NCBI GenBank assembly: GCA_964355135.1
Contig: CAYHCG010000008.1
Span: 423-64,422, forward strand
From: Candidatus Woesearchaeota archaeon
GTDB lineage: Archaea; Nanobdellota; Nanobdellia; Pacearchaeales; GW2011-AR1
Reading direction: 5' to 3'
DNA: 64,000 nt
Positions 27,576 to 36,817 of this stretch are shown here, in pieces. The notes beneath the pieces are model-generated. The model saw only the letters and a list, made by a program, of their open reading frames with translations, made no database searches and was not told the origin of the DNA. The translations under genes were made by a program, and so were the position numbers. Each line of letters starts with the position of its first letter. Within the stretch, counting starts at the first letter, position 1.

Positions 27576-28229
27576 TTACTTGTATTGCGGGATAATTTCT
27601 TCGGATACTACTTGATTTACCCCATCTTTCGTAATACTAATAACATCTATTCCATTCCCTGATGAAACGTCTCTTTGTGTAGATGCTTTTATACACTCCT
27701 TGGAGAGTTCTATTGCTTCCTTGACCGTAATATCTTTCTTATACATTCTCTCCATAAATCCTAGTATATATGGCATTCCTGAGGAGAAATTAGCATCATA
27801 TTCTTTAACTTTGTATACTCCTCCGGCAGGTTCTATGGTATAGAGTTCGGCAGTTCCATCTTCATTATGTCCGCCGATGAGCAGGCCCACTATGAAAGGG
27901 ACCATGGTCGGAGTACGAATGTTTCTGTAAAGCATCATGCCAACAAGATTTGCTGCTTCCTTAACCGTGGGCCTTGACTTGTTTCTTAATTCCTGCAACC
28001 TTAATTCTGCAGCTAAAACTTTTTCTGAAATTATTGCGTCTGCAGCTCCTCCAGTTGTTGCTATAACAATGTAGTCGTTAACCTTTTTTACTTTTCTTTC
28101 ATCTTTGCTCATGATTATCGTTCCAGCTGTAACCCTTCTATCTGCAGCCATTACGACTCCGTCTTTACAAACAATTCCCACTATGCTTGTGTGCGATTTC
28201 AACATTTTGTCAGAAATTTCTTTATTCAT
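27576..28229 (-). CDS. psmB: proteasome beta subunit
   Basis: Propeptide followed by TSIVGIVCKDGVVMAADRR (catalytic Thr1). Confidence 0.85.
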   Translation of the reverse strand: MNKEISDKMLKSHTSIVGIVCKDGVVMAADRRVTAGTIIMSKDERKVKKVNDYIVIATTGGAADAIISEKVLAAELRLQELRNKSRPTVKEAANLVGMMLYRNIRTPTMVPFIVGLLIGGHNEDGTAELYTIEPAGGVYKVKEYDANFSSGMPYILGFMERMYKKDITVKEAIELSKECIKASTQRDVSSGNGIDVISITKDGVNQVVSEEIIPQYK

Positions 28230-28665
28230 TTTGAGAGAATGATATAGCCTAAAGAGGCGTTTACTATTTAAACTTTTTGGTAGATTTATTTTTAAATTCT
28301 TTTTAGAAAAGTTTTTAAAACAATAATGAATATAATAAATAAGATAAATAAAATGTCAGATAGATCCGAAATTGTTGGGCTGATGTATGATCAAGAAGAT
28401 TTAGATGCGGAAGTTCTTGAACATGGAACCCATATAGTAGAAAATCCTCAGCCCCTTGGCAGAAAGGCATTAGATGATAAAGCATGAATTCTGGCATGTG
28501 CCCAATCTGCAAGAAAAGGAGTTCTAGACTTACCTATGCATATAGGAGGCTTAAGAGGATTATTGGAAAGGGCCGCTCAAACGGGATATCTCGAACCTAA
28601 CAGTGTTTTGTCTTATGCAGCCCAATATAATGGAACAAGAAGGGGAGGTTTAACTTCCTCTGGAT

Positions 28666-30723
28666 TCAGAGATTATTGGTTTTAACTATGGAGACATCTC
28701 CTTCTTTTGTCGTCTTAAACACATTATCTACAAAACTTTCTATTTTTTGTTCGTGACTGACAATTATGAGTTGTTTCGCATTTAGTTCTTCTAGGATGTC
28801 TCTAATTTTGCTAATCTGCTCTTCAGAGAAGCCATCTGTAGGCTCGTCTAAAATTATTATGCCGCGAGTTTTTATTTTACTCATAATGGAATTAATAATC
28901 TGATTGAGGGCGAGCCGATAGGCTAAAGCTACTGCTGTTCTTTCTCCCCCTGATAAGAACTCGTAATCCATTTCCGTTTCCCTTTGCAAGATAATTGGTG
29001 TAAAGTTCTCGTCTATTCTTATGTCTAGGGAGTTTTCTGCTACTAGCATTAAGAACCATTTTCTAAGCAAGGAAGAAAACTCATTTCTAAGCTTTAGAAG
29101 GACATTTCTTTCAGTGAAATCAATTAATTTGAGGAATTGAGTTGAGAGCCAATCTATCAATTCATTCATTTGATAGAGTTTTTTCTTTGTTTCCTCCTTT
29201 TTTTGAATATTTCCCTGTAAAAGGGAGATTTCTTGTCCGCTTAATTGTAACTCTTTTTTAAGTTCTGCAACTACTATCTCCTTATTTTTTTCCTCTAAAA
29301 GAGCTTTTTCCACTTCTACAAATCTTATCCTGTAGTGATTCTCAAAAGTCGTGAATTTTAAGATGTCCTCTTTTAGACTTTCCATATGTTTGATAAGGAA
29401 AGAAATGTCTTTTTCCAGACTGAGTTGCGATTTTTCCAGTTCGGAAAGCTTATGTGAGGAAGCTACTATGAAGTCCTGGCGAGACTTGGCTGTTTCCATT
29501 CCTACTTTTTGATCTTCGAGTTTAACAAGCAGACTTCTTTGACTTTCAATCTGTGCCCTTACTTCTATTTTTTGGGACTCAGATTGCCCTATTTCCTTTT
29601 CTACGAAGTCCAACTTTCCCTTGGATTCATTTAAAATGGCATGTTTGTGGTTCTCTGAGACGACCTGAAAACAAATAGGGCAAAGATCTATTTTAAGGAG
29701 TTTCTCTTTTTTAGATAGCGACTCTTTTTTCTCTTGCTGGAGATAATTTATCTTGCTGTCTAAGGAAATATAAAGAGAATTGAGACTTTCTAATTTTACT
29801 TTTAACCCTTTTACTTCCTCACTTACCTTGGCATATTCTACCTCGTTAAAGATCTGAGAATCTTTTACTATGCTTTGGAGGTATTCTTTTTCTTTCTTTA
29901 CAGTATTTAAGGAGTCTCTCTTTGTAGAAACGAATATCTTTGCCTTCTCGAGTTCATTAGCAAAATTTTTCTTTTCCTCTATCTTAACTTCTAAAGATTT
30001 TAATTCTGACTCTAGAGATTCTCGAATAGCTTTCTTCTCTCTAAATGCCTCTTCTTGGATTGTTATGTTGGCTGCAAGCACACTTAACTTTTCTTTTCTT
30101 AATTCTAGACTTTGAAGATCTTCTTCGAGAGTCTTTATTTCTCCTTGCATTAATTTTGACTCTGATTTTAGGTTTGTAAGCAGAGTGGAGAGATTATTTT
30201 TAATTTGCTTGTATTTGTCAATCCCGAAAATGTGTCTTAGAATATTGAGCCTTGCTTCGGCATCCTCAAGGATAATCTGTTTCATTTGTTCTTGAGGAGA
30301 AAAAACAGTATATCTAAACAAAATATTATTCTTTTTTATGAATTCTTCCGGATAACCTAGTAATTCAACGATTTTTGACTTTATTTCTGTAACTGAAGAT
30401 TCGAACTTTTCACCATTTATTGTTATCGAAGAATATTCATTGCTCACTCCTTTAGGGCTCCTCTTAAGTTTTCGCTCGATTATCAGGGACTTGCCTGCTA
30501 AGTCTATTTCTAGAACTACCTCTGCAACATTTTCGCGGTTTCTTAGTAATGAAGTTCCCTTTTGCCCTGGCTGCAATCCAAATAGAGCGTATTCTATTGC
30601 TAGTAGAATTGTTGTTTTGCCCGAACCTATATCTCCTGAAAGCAAGAGAGACCCTTCGGGAAATTCTAATTCCTGCTCTTTGTAAGAACGGATATTTTTT
30701 ATTTTTATTTTTTTAAATCTCAT
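28666..30723 (-). CDS. rad50: Rad50 DNA double-strand break repair ATPase (short coiled-coil form)
   Basis: Walker A LLSGDIGSGKTT, zinc hook CPICFQ, signature LSGGERTAVALAYRLAL, Walker B IIILDEPT. Confidence 0.85.
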   Translation of the reverse strand: MRFKKIKIKNIRSYKEQELEFPEGSLLLSGDIGSGKTTILLAIEYALFGLQPGQKGTSLLRNRENVAEVVLEIDLAGKSLIIERKLKRSPKGVSNEYSSITINGEKFESSVTEIKSKIVELLGYPEEFIKKNNILFRYTVFSPQEQMKQIILEDAEARLNILRHIFGIDKYKQIKNNLSTLLTNLKSESKLMQGEIKTLEEDLQSLELRKEKLSVLAANITIQEEAFREKKAIRESLESELKSLEVKIEEKKNFANELEKAKIFVSTKRDSLNTVKKEKEYLQSIVKDSQIFNEVEYAKVSEEVKGLKVKLESLNSLYISLDSKINYLQQEKKESLSKKEKLLKIDLCPICFQVVSENHKHAILNESKGKLDFVEKEIGQSESQKIEVRAQIESQRSLLVKLEDQKVGMETAKSRQDFIVASSHKLSELEKSQLSLEKDISFLIKHMESLKEDILKFTTFENHYRIRFVEVEKALLEEKNKEIVVAELKKELQLSGQEISLLQGNIQKKEETKKKLYQMNELIDWLSTQFLKLIDFTERNVLLKLRNEFSSLLRKWFLMLVAENSLDIRIDENFTPIILQRETEMDYEFLSGGERTAVALAYRLALNQIINSIMSKIKTRGIIILDEPTDGFSEEQISKIRDILEELNAKQLIIVSHEQKIESFVDNVFKTTKEGDVSIVKTNNL

Positions 30724-31865
30724 AGTAATATCTTCCTCACTTCTGAAAGAAGGCGGTCTTCGAAACCTAATAAAGTTTCACCTTCTAACTTTTCTATTTG
30801 GAGAGTCCTTATTAGATCAGGTATGAAAATGTTAAATTTGCTTTGATTTGTCTCTTCAAATTTCCCTATGATGTGCGACTCTAAATCTTCTGAGTCCGTA
30901 AGTTCTATTTTAACTTCGGATTCTGCCATATGGAGTTTTGAAGTGCTCCTTAATAATACGTAGGCTCCTTTTTCTCTTAGATTATTCTCTATCTTATTAA
31001 AATCGATGTCTGAGATTTTACCCCTATCTAGAATTCCTGAAAGGCGAATTACAACAATTTTATCTTTCACAGACTCGTTTTTCAATAAATTAATTATTTC
31101 ATCTGTGACCGTTAGAGAATTATTGATTTCTAGATGGATTGAAAAAACATCTTTAATTTTTATTTGCTCTTTTTTGATGTTTCCATCTTCGTATATGAAA
31201 AAAGATCCTCCTTTGAGCTCCTCTAGTTCTGAAATAGTATTGGGGAAAAGAGGTCCAGAGTACACCGTTGATCCTTTTTTATAATTTATATGCAGGTGTG
31301 ATAAAGCCAGATAGTCTACTTTAGGAAGATATCTTTCATCCACGGCTTTTACAGGAATGTCTCCAATTGCGTCTCTTATAGTGGTGTGCAACATCAATAT
31401 CTTGAATAAGCCGGGACTGTCTTGTAATTTGATCCTCTCTACTTCGTCTACTTCTAGGCCTGATTTTTTTCCTGGGAAGCCATAGATGGCTACATTTTTG
31501 TGAATTGTGGGCTCTAGTAAAATTTTTCCATTTTTTTCTTCATATTTTACGACATTCTTGCAGAATCCTGCCCTCTCGAGAACATCTAAAAAAGTTTTGC
31601 CTGAGACAGAATAATCATGACTTCCTGCAATAATAAATACAGGTATATTGGCATCTTTTAACTTGCGAAATTCTTCAAATGTCTGTTTGAGAGTATCGAT
31701 TGGAGGATAGGAATTATCAAATAAATCTCCGCTAATTAAAACAAAGTCTGGCTTAAACTTTATACTTCTTTTTACAGCTTCTACGAAATGCTGAAAATTC
31801 AACTCTTTTAATTCAGGCTGACGCCATCCTCCCAGATGGCAATCTCCCATATGGATAAATCTCAT
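30720..31865 (-). CDS. mre11: Mre11 nuclease
   Basis: Phosphoesterase motifs HMGDCHLG, ISGDLFD, AGSHD. Overlaps rad50 (ATGA). Confidence 0.85.
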   Translation of the reverse strand: MRFIHMGDCHLGGWRQPELKELNFQHFVEAVKRSIKFKPDFVLISGDLFDNSYPPIDTLKQTFEEFRKLKDANIPVFIIAGSHDYSVSGKTFLDVLERAGFCKNVVKYEEKNGKILLEPTIHKNVAIYGFPGKKSGLEVDEVERIKLQDSPGLFKILMLHTTIRDAIGDIPVKAVDERYLPKVDYLALSHLHINYKKGSTVYSGPLFPNTISELEELKGGSFFIYEDGNIKKEQIKIKDVFSIHLEINNSLTVTDEIINLLKNESVKDKIVVIRLSGILDRGKISDIDFNKIENNLREKGAYVLLRSTSKLHMAESEVKIELTDSEDLESHIIGKFEETNQSKFNIFIPDLIRTLQIEKLEGETLLGFEDRLLSEVRKILL

Positions 31866-31919
31866 ATTTTTGAAATTAGAGAGGATTATTTAAGGATTTA
31901 TATGTCAACAATAATGCCC

Positions 31920-32402
31920 TCAGTAACAGAAAACTGGTTGAGTGGCAATATTTTTACAGAGTAGTGTTGATCTCTTCTCGGACATGACTGCTGGCTGAAC
32001 TTCTACAATGTGGTCACCTGCACGGTAATTGAATGGGATTTGGAAAGAATACAATTTTGTGTCAGAAGGAGCAAGAGGTTGCGGCAAGAGCTCTGTTTTG
32101 TTATTGACTTGTTGCCTTACCGACCTTGACTCATTTCCTAGTCTGACAAAAATCATTGAAACATTAAATAAACCTCTATTTGAAATGGTCACGTTTAATT
32201 GCCCGCGAAAACAGACTGCGTTTTCTATGACCAGATTTATATCCTCCGGGCATTTTTCCTTTGAAGAAGGAAGATACAATTTGAGATAAGCATATACTGC
32301 AACGCTCAGACTAATCCCGATTACTATAAGCAATACATATGCTACCATCTGACTGTCTGCTTTTTTATTTATCATTTTATCTATGAGCCTGACACTGACC
32401 AT
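31920..32402 (-). CDS. hypothetical membrane-anchored protein
   Basis: N-terminal TM segment. No motif. Confidence 0.3.
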   Translation of the reverse strand: MVSVRLIDKMINKKADSQMVAYVLLIVIGISLSVAVYAYLKLYLPSSKEKCPEDINLVIENAVCFRGQLNVTISNRGLFNVSMIFVRLGNESRSVRQQVNNKTELLPQPLAPSDTKLYSFQIPFNYRAGDHIVEVQPAVMSEKRSTLLCKNIATQPVFCY

Positions 32403-33204
32403 TATTCTTACAAGTGTAACTTATTCCCTCCTCATTAAATTGATCGCAGTAATTTCCTGTACAGGACTCGTAACACTTTTGCTCTTCCTGTCCGCTTAGT
32501 TTATAACATATGAGGTTCTCTTCGCATTTATCGCTTGTAGGACAACACAACTGATTTTTTCCACCACATTGTGCGCATATACCTTCTTCATCACAGAACA
32601 AGTTTTCAGTGTTACATGATGGTCTGCCTTGCTCAGGGGAGCAGCACTCTTGGTCAGAATTTCCGCATTGCTCTAGATCTTCACCTTTTTTTGAAACAAA
32701 GATATCTCCATCTCCTTCTTTCTTCAAAACTAAAAAGAAGTTCTGACCTTCTTCTTTTACATCGAACGTGTATGTTGTAGTGCCGAAAGTGACGGTTGCC
32801 TGATTTCCGACAACTTCTTCCGTTCCCTTCCAGATATTCCCTTCGGCTATAGGCCAGCAGCTATTATCTGTCAAGCAAGGACCTCCAATGTTAGTTAAAT
32901 TATAGACTAGCCAAGTCAGAGTCGTTTTATTTCCATAAACGATGACTATTTCAGTTTGAGGATATGATTGTGCATAAACTTGAATTAGATCTGAAAGATA
33001 ATTGTCAATTTCTTCTGAGGATAGGGCATAGAACGACCCACTGTCCAGATATTGTAATATCTCATAATTTATTTCATCAGATAGATCATACACGGAGACA
33101 TCTTCTTCTGAAACTTGAACATTGTTATAAACTGTTGCTAAGCTTGCAACTACTGCGATTATTACTAGTGCTGCTACTAAAAAGAACTGCCCTCTTTTTT
33201 TCAT
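32377..33204 (-). CDS. secreted protein with a Cys-rich C-terminal domain
   Basis: Signal peptide MKKRGQFFLVAALVIIAVVASLA. About 22 Cys in the C-terminal 100 aa. Confidence 0.35.
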   Translation of the reverse strand: MKKRGQFFLVAALVIIAVVASLATVYNNVQVSEEDVSVYDLSDEINYEILQYLDSGSFYALSSEEIDNYLSDLIQVYAQSYPQTEIVIVYGNKTTLTWLVYNLTNIGGPCLTDNSCWPIAEGNIWKGTEEVVGNQATVTFGTTTYTFDVKEEGQNFFLVLKKEGDGDIFVSKKGEDLEQCGNSDQECCSPEQGRPSCNTENLFCDEEGICAQCGGKNQLCCPTSDKCEENLICYKLSGQEEQKCYESCTGNYCDQFNEEGISYTCKNNGQCQAHR

Positions 33205-33259
33205 ATTGTAAAAAAGCAGAAGAGGTTTTTATATCTTGTTAATGTAAAGAGAAATTAAA

Positions 33260-33523
33260 GTGGTGCAGACGGGGAGTTAGCTTGGATTGGGACTTTTAGT
33301 TCCCTCTTGATCTTCTCGGTTCTGCGACCCTACAAGCACCATACTTCCCATTTAGGGCTGCTCCGATCAAGGCCTGACCCATTTCACAAGAGTACGATCG
33401 AGTAGGACAAAACCTCATAGTTGAGCAAGAGACCAAAAACCTTAGGCCTCACGCCCTCCTTTGAGTCCGCCTTAAAGCCCGTTTGCGAATAGCGCAGGGC
33501 TAGCGCGCCGACTCGTCCGCACC
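33260..33523 (-). ncRNA. signal recognition particle RNA (7S / SRP RNA)
   Basis: GC-rich island in an AT-rich genome. The minus strand reads GGTGCGGACG...GGGTCAGGCC...GGAGCAGCC...CGTCTGCACC. The 5'/3' ends are complementary (helix 1) and there is a domain IV GUCAGG/AGCAGCC motif. Confidence 0.65.
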
Positions 33524-33758
33524 AGAAAACGAAGATAAAGAGGTTTTATAAAGGTTTTTACTCCATATCTATTTGCTTCTTTATTTTGCTTATATCTTCC
33601 TTAATTGATTTTTTCTTTTTCTTGGTCTTATTATTGGGTTTGAAAGAAAACATTAACAAAACTACAAGTGAAATAGTTAAGAATATGCCCGTAATTAATA
33701 AAATAGTTATCATCTCCATATCTGAAATTGCTTTAATAGGTTTTTAAGAGTTTTGATT

Positions 33759-35429
33759 TTACATTTCTTCCAAAGGTTCTATTGAAAGGAGTTTGAGAGC
33801 ATTTTTTAACACTTGCGAAAATGAGTCAACTAAACTAAGCCTGAAAAGTTCATTTTCAGAGCCTATGACTAACTGGGCATGATAAAATTCATTGAAGGTT
33901 TGGGCAAGATGGAATGCATAATTTGCGATTATATTTGGGGCAAGAGAGGCATAGGCCTGCTGAACTATTTCTGGAAATTTAGAGAGCTCAACTATTATGG
34001 ACTTTTCTAATTCACTTAACTGAGGAATTAAAATGGATTTAGGCCTAGAGTACTTTGCTTTTCTTATAATGCTTTTTGCGCGGGCATAGCTATAAAGCAA
34101 ATAGGGACCAGTGTTGCCTTCGAAAGAAATAAAACGATCTATATCAAAAATTACGTCACTTGAACGATGATTCTTTAAATCTCCATAAAAGATTGCAGCC
34201 AATGCAATTTTATGGGCCCGAGAGTTAAGTTCTTTTTCCCCAAGTTTCTCTCTTTTCTGGATTTCTTTTTTTGCAAGATCTTGAGTTTCCTGTATGATTC
34301 CTTCCAGAAATATTGTCTTTCCATGGCGGGTAGCGAATTTCTTTCCATCTGTATCTAAATAAAGGCCATGGTCTATATGCACGCAATCTTTTGCCCAAGT
34401 ATAACCCATCAATTCTAAAACTTTAAAGAATTGTTTAAAATGAAGCTTTTGCTCCTGGCCAACTTCATAAAATAATCTATCCGACTTATACTTTTTTTTA
34501 CGATCTATTGCTGCCGTAATATCTCTTGTCGCGTACAGTGTTGCGCCATCAGACTTCTGGATAAGACACACTCCGAGATTATACTTTTCAAGATTTACCA
34601 CTAAAGCTCCCTCGCTTTGCTGAAGAAGATTCTTTTCTTTTAGCTCCTTAAGCGTAGAGTTCATTTTATTATTATAATAAGACTCGCTGGAAATAACATC
34701 AAATTTGATATTCAAAATCTTGTAAAGTTTGCTAAATTCTTTAATGCTTAAGGCTTTGAATTGCTTCCATAGTTTGATTGCCTCTTTATCTCCATCCTCA
34801 AGTTTTTTGAACCATTTTCTTCCCTCTTCTTCTAGATTCTTATCTTTATTGGCTTCCACATAAAGACTGTAGAGATAATTTATTGGATCTTTTTTCAGCT
34901 TTTTTTGGTCGCCAGATTTTTTATAACTTGCCAGGATTTTTCCAAAAGGAGTTCCCCAGTCCCCCAGATAATTTAATTTTACTACCTTGTATCCTTGAAA
35001 TTGTGAAATATTGGCCATAGCATTTCCAATTATTGTAGATCTTAAATGACCTATTCCGAACGGTTTGGCGATATTTGGGGAAGACATATCTATGACTATC
35101 CTTTTTCCTTTGCCTTCTTTAGAAGAGCCGTATTTCTCTCTTTCATTTAGGATTGCGTTTAGAGTTTTTTTAGCAATGTTGTTTTTGTTAATGAAGAAAT
35201 TGATATACGGGCCTTTTGCCTCAACTTTTTCCAAATTTTCTGAATGTAGCTTTTTTGATAAATCCAAAGCTATTTCGACTGGATTCTTCTTAAATTGCTT
35301 TGCTAAGGAAAAACATGGGAAGGCAAAGTCTCCTAATTCAGGAGAAGGAGGAATTTCGATTAGGGAGAGGATGTCTTCTTTTTTAATTGAAAACTGTTTT
35401 GATAAAAGTGCTGCTATTTCTTCTTTCAT
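33759..35429 (-). CDS. argS: arginyl-tRNA synthetase
   Basis: PFGIGHLRSTIIGNA (HIGH region), class I architecture, C-terminal ...EPLEEM. 556 aa. Confidence 0.9.
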   Translation of the reverse strand: MKEEIAALLSKQFSIKKEDILSLIEIPPSPELGDFAFPCFSLAKQFKKNPVEIALDLSKKLHSENLEKVEAKGPYINFFINKNNIAKKTLNAILNEREKYGSSKEGKGKRIVIDMSSPNIAKPFGIGHLRSTIIGNAMANISQFQGYKVVKLNYLGDWGTPFGKILASYKKSGDQKKLKKDPINYLYSLYVEANKDKNLEEEGRKWFKKLEDGDKEAIKLWKQFKALSIKEFSKLYKILNIKFDVISSESYYNNKMNSTLKELKEKNLLQQSEGALVVNLEKYNLGVCLIQKSDGATLYATRDITAAIDRKKKYKSDRLFYEVGQEQKLHFKQFFKVLELMGYTWAKDCVHIDHGLYLDTDGKKFATRHGKTIFLEGIIQETQDLAKKEIQKREKLGEKELNSRAHKIALAAIFYGDLKNHRSSDVIFDIDRFISFEGNTGPYLLYSYARAKSIIRKAKYSRPKSILIPQLSELEKSIIVELSKFPEIVQQAYASLAPNIIANYAFHLAQTFNEFYHAQLVIGSENELFRLSLVDSFSQVLKNALKLLSIEPLEEM

Positions 35430-35459
35430 AGATAATGGATTAAGAATTAATTAATAAAG

Positions 35460-35747
35460 TTATTCCTTAAGTTTGGTGCCGCACTCTGTACAGAATTTCT
35501 CAGTTTCATCAATTGGTTTTTTACATCCCGGACAGTTTGTTAAAGGAACGACCATTTTTCCGCCGCATTGGGGGCAGAATTTTTGATCTATATCCCCGCC
35601 TCGACCACATCCGCTGCATTTCGGAGGGACTTTCTTTCTTTCTATTACAGTTTTGTAACCTATTTTTCCTCCGGAAACTATTTTTGAAAAAGCATCCTGG
35701 ATAGCATCCCCATCCTGATATTTCCTTAGATCTAAGCCGCTGCTCAT
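35460..35747 (-). CDS. multi-Zn-ribbon protein
   Basis: Four CxxC pairs (CSGCG, CPQCG, CPGC, CTECG). Confidence 0.4.
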   Translation of the reverse strand: MSSGLDLRKYQDGDAIQDAFSKIVSGGKIGYKTVIERKKVPPKCSGCGRGGDIDQKFCPQCGGKMVVPLTNCPGCKKPIDETEKFCTECGTKLKE

Positions 35748-35865
35748 TTTCCTCTTTATTTAATCCTCTTTAACTAGTAGATAAGATAAAGTTTTTAAAT
35801 ATTTTGATAGTTTTGAGAGTTACAGAGAATTTTGCGGTTTAGCTTTAGGTGCAAAATCTCTGTCT

Positions 35866-35908
35866 GGAGAATTTATAAACAGTGTAATCGGTAGAATTCT
35901 CCATATCT
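35866..35908. promoter_or_regulatory. inverted repeat flanking a TATA-like box upstream of padR (candidate PadR operator)
   Basis: TGGAGAATT-tataaacagtgtaatcggta-GAATTCTCCA is a perfect 9-bp inverted repeat enclosing TTTATAAA. A second imperfect palindrome, AGAGAATTTTGC...GCAAAATCTCT, lies at 35826-35860. Confidence 0.35.
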
Positions 35909-35921
35909 TTATATATATCGG

Positions 35922-36242
35922 TTGCCCAATAAAACTATGAAAAAGGCAAAAAAAGAGGTCTATTGCTGCGATATGCGGGGATTTTTGTCGTTTTTGGTCT
36001 TATTCTTATTATCTAAACAGTCCATGAATGGACAGGAGCTTGCAAGAGAGCTAGAAAAAAGAAAGGGGGAAAAGCCTAGCCCTGGGACTATCTACCCTGC
36101 TTTGAAATCCTTAAAAGAAGAGGGATTGATACAGGAGAAAAAAGAAGGAAAGTCTATTTCTTATACTTTAACATCTGAAGGCAAAGAGAGCTTAAAGATT
36201 GCAAAGGAAAGATTCTGCAGGACTTTTGTCGATTTATTGTAA
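35922..36242 (+). CDS. PadR-family transcriptional regulator
   Basis: SMNGQELARELEKRKGEKPSPGTIYPALKSLKEEGLI is the PadR wHTH signature. Confidence 0.7.
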   Translation: MPNKTMKKAKKEVYCCDMRGFLSFLVLFLLSKQSMNGQELARELEKRKGEKPSPGTIYPALKSLKEEGLIQEKKEGKSISYTLTSEGKESLKIAKERFCRTFVDLL

Positions 36243-36641
36243 ATCAAATATTTTTAACACCTTAAACTCTTCACAAACAATCAGAGTATTCTCATCAAAT
36301 TTTCTTTTCATTTTCTCTAGTCTTTTTTCGAAGAATTTTTTATGCGCTTTTCTCCAGTAAGCGAGAGATCTGTCGCCTTCACCCTCTTTAAAGGCAAATG
36401 CGGCACTAACTTTACTAAAGGGTTTGTGTGAAGCTTTTGTTGTTATAATCGAGCATCTCTTTCTTCCTTTAGAATCCAATATGACGTTCTTATCTCCTAC
36501 TTTAGGCAAGGGCATTTTTTTATCCAGATAAGATTCGTACAATGAAGAGGTAGCGGTTTTCTTTCCAGAGATAACAAGTCCCTGCAGGTAGTCTGCTTCT
36601 TTTTTTGTATCTCCAAATTGCCAAGAAGGAATTTTTTTCAT
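36234..36641 (-). CDS. ASCH-domain protein
   Basis: MKKIPSWQFGD...LQGLVISGKKTATSSL resembles the ASCH GxKTxTxR core. The listed ORF start at 36710 overlaps the tRNA, so I trimmed to the internal Met. Confidence 0.4.
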   Translation of the reverse strand: MKKIPSWQFGDTKKEADYLQGLVISGKKTATSSLYESYLDKKMPLPKVGDKNVILDSKGRKRCSIITTKASHKPFSKVSAAFAFKEGEGDRSLAYWRKAHKKFFEKRLEKMKRKFDENTLIVCEEFKVLKIFDLQ

Positions 36642-36674
36642 AACTCTATAAATTTCTAATTCTATAAAAATATA

Positions 36675-36746
36675 AGCCTCTACCGGGATTTGAACCCGGG
36701 ACCTCTTCATTACGAGTGAAGCGCTCCACCACTGAGCTATAGAGGC
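36675..36746 (-). tRNA. tRNA-Thr (CGT)
   Basis: GCCTCTATAGCTCAGTGGTGGAGCGCTTCACTCGTAATGAAGAGGTCCCGGGTTCAAATCCCGGTAGAGGCT. Perfect cloverleaf, anticodon CGT, no encoded CCA. TATA CTTTATAAAT lies about 25 nt upstream. Confidence 0.85.
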
Positions 36747-36817
36747 TTATCTTCGAGAAGAAGATAAGATTTATAAAGATGTTTTATTTCAAGTTGGTAT
36801 ATTATAGTGATAAAAAG

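Noticed and set aside
28315-28690. Small ORFs between psmB and rad50 (about 50 aa each, one with CxxC)
   Set aside because: They are short, the frames are interrupted, and there are no motifs. This is possibly a decayed gene, and the evidence is insufficient to call.
33557-33718. 53-aa minus-strand membrane mini-ORF (MEMITILLITGIF...)
   Set aside because: Plausible, but it is below the ORF threshold and has no support beyond hydrophobicity. Not called.
36642-36710. N-terminal extension of the ASCH ORF (start at 36710)
   Set aside because: It would overlap tRNA-Thr(CGT) at 36675-36746. An internal Met at 36641 gives a clean gene.
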